Shown one piece after another: positions 55,110-64,000 of a DNA stretch of 64,000 nucleotides (positions within the stretch are counted from its first letter, which is position 1; every line of letters begins with the position of its first letter). Below the pieces are notes generated by a model. The model saw nothing but the letters and a program-made list of their open reading frames with translations. It made no database searches and had not been told where the DNA came from. Origin of the DNA: Octopus bimaculoides (Eukaryota). Both the position numbers and the translations under genes were made by a program. The stretch covers positions 81,255,343-81,319,342 of the forward strand of contig NC_068990.1 in the NCBI RefSeq assembly GCF_001194135.2, read 5' to 3'.

Positions 55110-55956
55110 ATGTCTGTATACATATACATACATATTAGAGCGAATACATGCATATTTGCATGTGTGAGTGAGTGCATGTGTAGCGTGTACGTCGATATAT
55201 TGCAGAAATAATATGCATGTTACGTGAGTCTATTCGACCGTCGTGCTCACTTCACGTGTTTAGAAATAATTTTTCTTCAAGAAAATAAATGGAAAATGTT
55301 GGAATATTATGATTGTCTGTTTATGTTGATTTCTATTACCTCTACAGCACTAATCTTTCAGTTGGGAAAGTATAAATTATTGAAGAAATTTGATTATACA
55401 TTTCCATATAATAAAGCATAAGAAATCTGTACAAAGATATGGAAACTATGAAAAAACTACCCTGCGAATGAAATAGTGTGTGATGAAGTTAATTAATTAA
55501 TATTCATACAAAGTTAATTTATATTGACTAATTTTTATATTGATATTTCCTATATATTATTTATTATACACAAAACTGAGGAAATGAATTCCACACATTA
55601 TGAGTTACAACATCATAACCTTGAAGAAGGTTAAAAGAACAAGACATAATGTATAAATGTCCTCAGTGTGTGTGTGTGTGTGAAAACCATCTTTCAAATA
55701 TCTTTAAACTGAAACTGCTTCTTTTCTATGTTCCAAATTTAATATTTTTTAATCATTTTCCCCCCGTTGTTTTTATTATCAGACTGTTACTGATTTCTTT
55801 GGAACAAACATCGACATTCCAAACCAGCTATTTCAACCAACCATCCCATTTTATGATAAAGTAGGATGGTGGCTGGTTGATTTATTGGTTGTTTCATGTC
55901 AGCCAAAACTTAACATGCTTTTGATCAAAATTATTTCATTTTATTCCGGTTGAAGA

Positions 55957-56327
55957 TTGTTGGCACTCCGTCGCTTACGACGTCGAGGGTTCCAGTTGAT
56001 CCGATCAACGGAACAACCTGCTCGTGAAATTAACGTGCAAGTGGCTGAGCACTCCACAGACACGTGTACCCTTAACGTAGTTCTCGGGGATATTCAGCGT
56101 GACAAGGCTGACCCTTTGAATTACAGGCACAACAGAAACAGGAAGTAAGAGTGAGAGAAAGTTGTGGTGAAAGAGTACAGCAGGGTTCTCCACCATCCCC
56201 TGCTGGAGCCTCGTGGAGCTTTAGGTGATTTCGCTCAATAAACACTCACAATGCCCGGTCTGGGAATCGAAACCGCGATCCTATGACCACGAGTCCGCTG
56301 CCCTAACCACTGGGCCATTGCGCCTCC
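55957..56327 (-). mobile_element. full-length tRNA-derived SINE family D
   Basis: Head GGAGGCGCAATGGCCCAGTGGTTAGGGC...GGTTTCGATTCC with A and B boxes. 13-bp TSD CCGGTTGAAGATT (55946-55958 and 56326-56338). Confidence 0.9.
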
Positions 56328-58246
56328 GGTTGAAGATTAATACATCAAGAACTGCATTACCAAATATCCTTTGTTTTGAAACAATGCAGTACAGTTTGAA
56401 TAGAATTTAGCATTTATTTCTAGCAGGCCGTATTCCCACATAAATCTCCATATATCACTTCTAGATGAGTCTCTAAAGAGCGGCACGAGATTTCCATTTT
56501 CATCTTGTAAAATTCGTGGAAAACAAGTGATAAATTTATAAGTTTGAGCACTCGTGGGACACACATCCTGTTTAGAACCCAGGGTTTTTTATCTTCATTT
56601 CCCTTATGAATCACCCACTTTGGCTATTTGCCTTACACTTTAAAAGGTACACATCATGATTTCGTGCGACCTTGTAATGTAGCTGAATTAACTTTGATGG
56701 AGTATGTTTTTTCTTCTAAATGTAAAAGTTCGCTCAAATCCGCTTACGTTGCTTATTTAATCGCTGCTGACAACCGAATTTATTTCTCTGATGCTTCCAA
56801 AGTAATCCAACTCAGCCATTCACAACGAAACAGTCTTTATTATCGACTGATATGATGTTAATATTTCTATTACCATTGTCACATCGGTTACTGCCACTAC
56901 CTGTGTGGTGGTTGTCTATACATACATACATACATACTATGTATGTATGTATATAAGTATGTATATATATGTATATATATGTATATATATATATATGCGA
57001 GTAAGAATAAATACAAAAAGGGGGGGGTTGTATGATTGTGTATAGAGGAATATATTATTTCGTTTAAAAGAGTTCCAACACTGTCTGTTTTTTATGTTTT
57101 ATTTATATTCCTGAAAAACCAATGTGGGATATAGAATATGGAATATACAATATATAATATAATATACAATATATAATATAAAATAAAAATGGATGGTACT
57201 ATGAAATAAAGTATTGAATGTCTTATTGAATATATGGAATATGTCTTATTGAATAGATGAAATATTGAGTGTTCAATATAAAGGATTATATATTATATAT
57301 ATATGCATGTATATATATATATGTATATATANNNNNNNNNNNNNNNNNNNNNNNNNNNNNNNNNNNNNNNNNNNNNNNNNNNNNNNNNNNNNNNNNNNNN
57401 NNNNNNNNNNNNNNNNNNNNNNNNNNNNNNNNNNNNNNNNNNNNNNNNNNNNNNNNNNNNNNNNNNNNNNNNNNNNNNNNNNNNNNNNNNNNNNNNNNNN
57501 NNNNNNNNNNNNNNNNNNNNNNNNNNNNNNNNNNNNNNNNNNNNNNNNNNNNNNNNNNNNNNNNNNNNNNNNNNNNNNNNNNNNNNNNNNNNNNNNNNNN
57601 NNNNNNNNNNNNNNNNNNNNNNNNNNNNNNNNNNNNNNNNNNNNNNNNNNNNNNNNNNNNNNNNNNNNNNNNNNNNNNNNNNNNNNNNNNNNNNNNNNNN
57701 NNNNNNNNNNNNNNNNNNNNNNNNNNNNNNNNNNNNNNNNNNNNNNNNNNNNNNNNNNNNNNNNNNNNNNNNNNNNNNNNNNNNNNNNNNNNNNNNNNNN
57801 NNNNNNNNNNNNNNNNNNNNNNNNNNNNNNNNNNNNNNNNNNNNNNNNNNNNNNNNNNNNNNNNNNNNNNNNNNNNNNNNNNNNNNNNNNNNNNNNNNNN
57901 NNNNNNNNNNNNNNNNNNNNNNNNNNNNNNNNNNNNNNNNNNNNNNNNNNNNNNNNNNNNNNNNNNNNNNNNNNNNNNNNNNNNNNNNNNNNNNNNNNNN
58001 NNNNNNNNNNNNNNNNNNNNNNNNNNNNNNNNNNNNNNNNNNNNNNNNATATATATATACATATATATGTTTGTATATATGTATATTTATCTATCTATCT
58101 ATCTATCTTTCTCTCTCTCTCTAGATATATATATACATTCAGAAAGATTGAAATCGATAGAGAAAAAATAAAGAGAGATGCATGGATGGTTAAGTGAAGT
58201 GTTATAGAGGAAGGAAAATAGAAGGACAGATAGACAAAACGGTAAT

Positions 58247-58387
<141 letters not shown>

Positions 58388-61300
58388 GGAGAGAGAAACA
58401 GGTAAATAGATATAAATGCTTAAGATATCTACAAACGTAATAGCTATTTGTTTGATATAATATTAGAGCTGTCATCTCTGTATTTCGTCTGTTAAAAATG
58501 TAAGTTTTATAATGCTAAGTCAAACCATTAGAAAAATACGAAATATCACATGGTTGAGGTCACACTCACACATCAGAAAATCTATGGCTGATTAGTCCAT
58601 GAATACATATCCTAAAACGGAAATAGATATTCTAAAACTAATACTAAGCAGGACTCTCCAACAATTTTGTACATATGATTATAAATAGACTTAAATCAAC
58701 TTCCATACAGCCAAAATAACACAGATTATACGTGATCTATGAATGCGAGCCATATTTTTCTCTTCGGAACATTGAATACAAACTAAGGTATCTAATTGTA
58801 TTTCATGATGACCAGGAATGTTGATTATAGGAAAGCAAATTTGAATTATTCGTGTTTTTGTTGTTGTTTATTCGGAGATCAGTCATGTCTGGAAATACGT
58901 ATGATCAAAGGTGTCGCAGCTATGACCGCACTCTCTTTTTATCTGGCATTGCATATCCTGGGACTACATCATATAAAGTGTAGTTACTTTTTCAAAGCGT
59001 TCGAATAACAACTGATTAAAAGTCAGCAAATGTTTCAAACAAACCCAGAACCCAAATGGAATTCCCATCGTCGGCTCAGGTATTCATGCAGTACGATGTG
59101 TTGAAGCTTTATGATATGTATTATTTAATGTATACACACTGCCTATAGGCCAGTTACTACAGGATTTGCCCCGGTTAAAAGATCTCATATGGATTTTCTG
59201 CGTTAAAACAAAACAAATATATTAGAGAGAGATTTCGTCTCAGCAGCGGCTAGTAAAAGAGACAGATGCTTTTTTGCCTTTGTGAGACTTTTCAATAATG
59301 CGTCCTTGCATGTGGGAGTTAAGGCCCCTATTAGAAAAGTTGAATTGTTGGGAATTTTTTTAACTTGTGTCTTTTATCTATTGTTCAAATTTCTTTGAAA
59401 TCGGAAATATATGAATTGAATATTCACTGGGTTTGTAAAAGAGAGCAAAGCTAGAGGAAAAGCAAAAGACAAATGGTCACAATAAGCAGTCATCTACCTA
59501 CCATAGTCGTTACCACTCCCCTATGTAGGATTCCGCACAATACAGTATTTTTTCTCATTGCCCAATGTGCTTCTAAACGCCGTTAGTTTGCCGCATTTGT
59601 ATTGACGGAGATGAGGGACATAAATGGAGATAAAAGTGCAATAATTGTTGCTCTTCTGCAGCTACCATTTGTGGTTTCAAGGATGAATATTTAGTTGTTC
59701 GATCAATCACAATAGCTGCACATTAAATCAGCTTCTAAATGGCTAAATGTTCCACCGGATTGTGTACCATCAATATGCAGACAGCATTAGCACGGCTCAG
59801 TTTGTTACAAATCTGGGCCTTTGAATTACAGGCTCGATTCATCCGACAGGCTGCCACACAGTTTCCATGTATCCAATCTTGTTGACAAAGCTGGGATCGA
59901 CAAAGCTGGGCTCATACAGTCGGCTCGAACCTGGAGCCTGTTAATATCGAAACAAACACCTTTACTATTCAGCCTTTCTGTGTCCTTCTTCGGTATGACT
60001 GTTGCATCACTTCAAAGTATTTTGGACTGATATTTTTTGTGTATTTGTTTCTTTTGAATATTTGTCTGTTAGAAGGATGCTGTGTTCTTAGGCAGGAGGA
60101 AATGCAGTGCTCATGTAAGCAGTAGTAGTGAGGAAGGAAGGTATCCTGAAACTGATCTGCAACAGAGAGGAACTTGTTAAAAGCGCCCAAGTGGTGTTAT
60201 TTAACTAGTTACCGGAAAACATTTGTCAACTAAGTGGACTACGGCTGGATTTGAACTTAGAAAAACAAAGAGCCAAAACAAACACATCTAAACATCTGGT
60301 AAGACGTTATTATCGCTTTTTTCACCTTGGATTGGTAATATTTTTAATTAAATCCGAGGGACTGAAAGTTGACCTGCGTGCGATTTGATCTTAGAAAGCC
60401 AAGTATTAGATCAAATACCACACATAAGTTTATCTGGCGCTTTAACGGTTCTGTTAATTCACCGCCTATTACTTTAGATTACTGTGAAGTATGCTTGGTT
60501 GTTTTAGAGCGACTGTACATGCAGTGTCAGAGATATCGTGGGTTAGAGCATGTTAATGCCCTTAAAATAATTTTGCTTCATAATAATTCCTTCCACTGGC
60601 ACAATAACACATAATTGTAAGCGAAGGGAGAGCAGTGAAATCGATTGAATCAATCCAATTGATTTTTACTGACCGAACCCTCCGACTAACGAAAGGCAGA
60701 AGTAGAGGAAAACGCAGTGAGATGTAAGTAATGTTGAAAATAATTTTGTCCGACGCTTTAACGATTCTACCATCTGTATCACCCACATCTAGTTTATTAT
60801 TTAGGAATATAAGAATATAAACAGATATCAATGCAGTAATTCAGAAACTAGCAATTTAAACTGCGATGTATTTCAATGGAATAGGCAAGTTACCACTAGT
60901 AACAATAATATTGGTAATCCATAATGATCACCTAAAGCAAGTAGCATACAAATAAGTCTGTAAAAATGATTGGAGAATAGAGTAAGAGAGATTTTGTTTT
61001 TGTTATTTTCTATAGAATTTAATGAGTCTTTGCAGTTGTTTAAGGTTCTTATTGAGAAAAGAATTACCACACAGCACTTTCCATTGCAATCTATAAAAAA
61101 AGGTTTTATAATTGGATGGTAAACAATATTATTAACACTCCCTGGATATACAATATATGCGCGCGTGTGTATTCTTACATGCGTACATATAGACACGTTT
61201 TATATAGTCATATCATATATATTTTGCTCTTCTCTTGATATGTGTATGGAAGCAGTTTTAATGATTGAGATAGAGTCATGATTGCAAGATGAAAAGAATT

Positions 61301-61999
61301 TGTTGTTGTTTTGTATTTTTTAATAAATATATTTTAAATATAGTAATAGAGCACATCATGTTGATAAAGAAACGAGAAGATGCGTAGTAATTGAATAGTG
61401 CTATGATAACATAAAGCGTCATAAAATGGACGGCGAAAATAGATTAGGTAGGATTTCAGCAGAAAGCATGTTAGAAAACAAAAGAAGAAAGAATAGAGAA
61501 GCAGTAAAATTCTGAATGGTGTTGTAGATTATGGAAATTGGAGGAGAGATTTGGCTAGAGATTAGCAAAAAGGTAATTAAAATATACATGGAATGTCATT
61601 AGAAGTTCTGGTAGGGAGAAAGAAGAAAAACTTTTAAGAGATATCATATGGAATAAACAATTACCGAAAGAAAAATGTAAGTAAAAAAGAGAATAAATAA
61701 AAAGAAACGAGACTATTAGTGAGATAATATGGTTGACAGTGGATAATGTTTATGGCTTGTTTGACTTTTAAAATTGTAATCTATTCCATATAAAATATCC
61801 ATTGTTTTTATTTAGCTCGGAGAGATATATCTGTTCTGTGTTATAGAAATTGTACGTTAGTGCTCAGTGACGTGTGAACGTTATCTCTAGCTAGTTCATT
61901 GTCAAGTATTCCCGTGTCACAGTAGCGATTGTCCGAAATTATGAGTATAAAGTCTTCGTGGCAATGGATTGTTATATGCGTCATTGTTTCAATATCTGT

Positions 62000-62041
<42 letters not shown>

Positions 62042-62664
62042 CTGTTTGTCTGTCTGTCAGTTTGTATGTCTGTATCTCTGTATATATGAATGTATGAATG
62101 TTCTCTTCTCTTTTTAATTATTTAAATTCTTCCTTCTCTGAAGAAGAGATGGTTTTAACAAAGATACAAAGTTTCATCGTTGGAATGTAGATAACAAAAA
62201 CAATGCCACATTTTAAACTTTATAAAAGTCTTGCAAATTTTACTGTTCCACTTACAGATTGTATTTGTAAAGTGCGAGTTAATTGGTTGATTTCATTTTC
62301 TGAAAAACCCTAGCTTATCTAAATTGTCACTTAGACATTAACTCACAAAGCCAAGTGCACAAATTATAAATGTTATATATGTGAAATTCTAATCTGGATA
62401 CAGAAGCTAGAGGTTTCGATACAGTTAGCCATATTCTATTTCTCTTTGATTTTCAAAGAGATATTCACGTCAGCAGGATAGCAGACCTCTCTGATGGTAC
62501 ATGCTTTTCATTGTTTGTCCTAAACAACAATATTCGACCAGTTATGCTTACACTTGACAGAAATTTTAACGGAAATGTTCCAGTAGTATTCCTTTTTGTT
62601 AATGTTTTGTTTCTATTCGCTATATTTATTCCAGGACAGTCTTTATTCTGAATGGCATTGTATA

Positions 62665-62790
62665 TTAGAAATGATCTAATTATAAATCTCACAGAGACTT
62701 AAGCAGTTGTATACTGTCAACTTAAAGTGACAGTCCCAATAAGGGAATCATACTGCTACTATTTAACCCTAGGAAGCTGGGCCGCTTCCT
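62665..62790 (+). repeat. partial direct duplicate of 62995-63140 (left arm and loop of the palindrome)
   Basis: TTAGAAATGATCTAATTATAAATCTC...GCAGTTGTATACTGTCAACTTAA...CCCTAGGAAGC recurs at ~330 bp offset. Confidence 0.85.
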
Positions 62791-63053
62791 GTCGGCCTTG
62801 ACACATTTCCAGTGTCCTATATTTGCGAGAGGGAGACAAGCACTTCCACCCAGCCTCGTCTGCATTCTAGGACATGTTTCTCACTCATTGCTCGTCATCA
62901 GCCTGAAGTAGCACGACCAGCTGGCTGAAGATGCCTGTCAACCTCTTGCAAATACATATATTTCTAGTGAAAACACATCCACTAATTACAAAAATTAGAA
63001 ATGATCTAATTATAAATCTCTCAGAGAGAATTAAGCAGCAGTGTTACGATAAA

Positions 63054-63209
63054 GCAGTTGTATACTGTCAACTTAACGTGACAGTCTCAATAAGGGAATC
63101 ATACTGCTGCTATTTAGCCCTAGGAAGCGGTCCAGCTTTCTAGGGCTAAATCGCAGCAATATGATTCCCTTATTGGGACTGTCACATTAAGTTGACAGTA
63201 TACAATTGC
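63054..63209. repeat. 156-bp palindrome (75-bp arms, 6-nt loop)
   Basis: 63054-63128 pairs with 63135-63209 with 6 differences in 75, three of which are G-U wobbles in a plus-strand RNA; loop GGTCCA. Confidence 0.95.
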
Positions 63210-63538
63210 TGCATTGCATATTGTTTTTACGATATACATGTTCGTGCATCTGAGGTAGCAACAACGCCTGAGCGTCTGAGAAAGCTGTAATGTCTCAAGA
63301 AGCTAAAACATAATGCACAATTACTAAGCTCTAAATACTGTATATCTTATACCGAAAACAGTTTCAAACTAATGAAGTTCAGTGCATAATTGTCTGTTCC
63401 TCTGTCGTATGTTTTACTTCATATTACGCTCTGAGCTCAACTGAAGCAAATGTGTGTTGAGTTCTAACATCAGTTTATTAGAATCACTGTACCTCAGTGA
63501 ACCACAATACAAATATATATCAGCCATATATACATGGA

Positions 63539-63683
<145 letters not shown>

Positions 63684-63947
63684 ATGTATATATACCACAG
63701 AAGAAGGGCAAAGCTGTATCGCACGCGGGATTCGAACGTCACGTGCAGGATTCCGTTGTAAGCAGAATAGCTTTATTAACTGACACATCAAACCATATTT
63801 CGACTTTCATTATCTAAATTGGAAAACTTGGCCTAAATCTTTCACCATGATAGATTTCTAGCCACTACACATTCTTTATTTTCTCTCCTTGTTTCTTTCT
63901 GTGTTCCTTTCTGTGGAAGAGCGTAGGCTCACACTCTCTCTCCGTCC

Positions 63948-64000
63948 CTCTCTCCTCCTCCCCCTCTCTCCTCCTCCCCCTCTCTCCTCCTCCCCCTCTC
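63948..64000. repeat. pure-pyrimidine ~16-bp minisatellite (CTCTCTCCTCCTCCCC)n, runs off the window
   Basis: About 3 units visible. Confidence 0.8.

Noticed and set aside
56255-56327. tRNA-like sequence with A and B boxes (also 44233-44300 and 42540-42610)
   Set aside because: These are SINE heads continuing into a SINE body with TSDs; no complete cloverleaf or acceptor stem followed by a T-run terminator.

Overview
AT-rich, repeat-dense, gapped animal genomic scaffold. The SINE families and microsatellite style look most like an octopus/cephalopod genome (inference from my recollection of these repeats, not a database hit). I found no recognisable cellular protein-coding gene, rRNA, tRNA gene or CRISPR array; the window reads as a large intron or intergenic region. 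Most long ORFs in the supplied track are artefacts of N-gaps and microsatellites. What the sequence does support: (i) more than 20 copies of at least four tRNA-derived SINE families, several with target-site duplications (TSDs), nested insertions and close inverted pairs; (ii) LINE fragments, including a nearly intact 3' end of a HERO-like element with a restriction-like endonuclease (RLE), an R4/Dong-like relic, RTE relics and possible Penelope/L1 relics; (iii) DNA-transposon relics (internally deleted Tc1/mariner, Tigger-like MITE, probable piggyBac, a 736-bp foldback element); (iv) a 156-bp near-perfect palindrome with an upstream partial duplicate; (v) a few weak splice-site-bounded exon candidates, the best an ATG-containing exon at 10573-10819. 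No new biological system can be demonstrated from the sequence alone. The best leads are SINE-into-SINE insertion targeting and the many potential dsRNA-forming structures.
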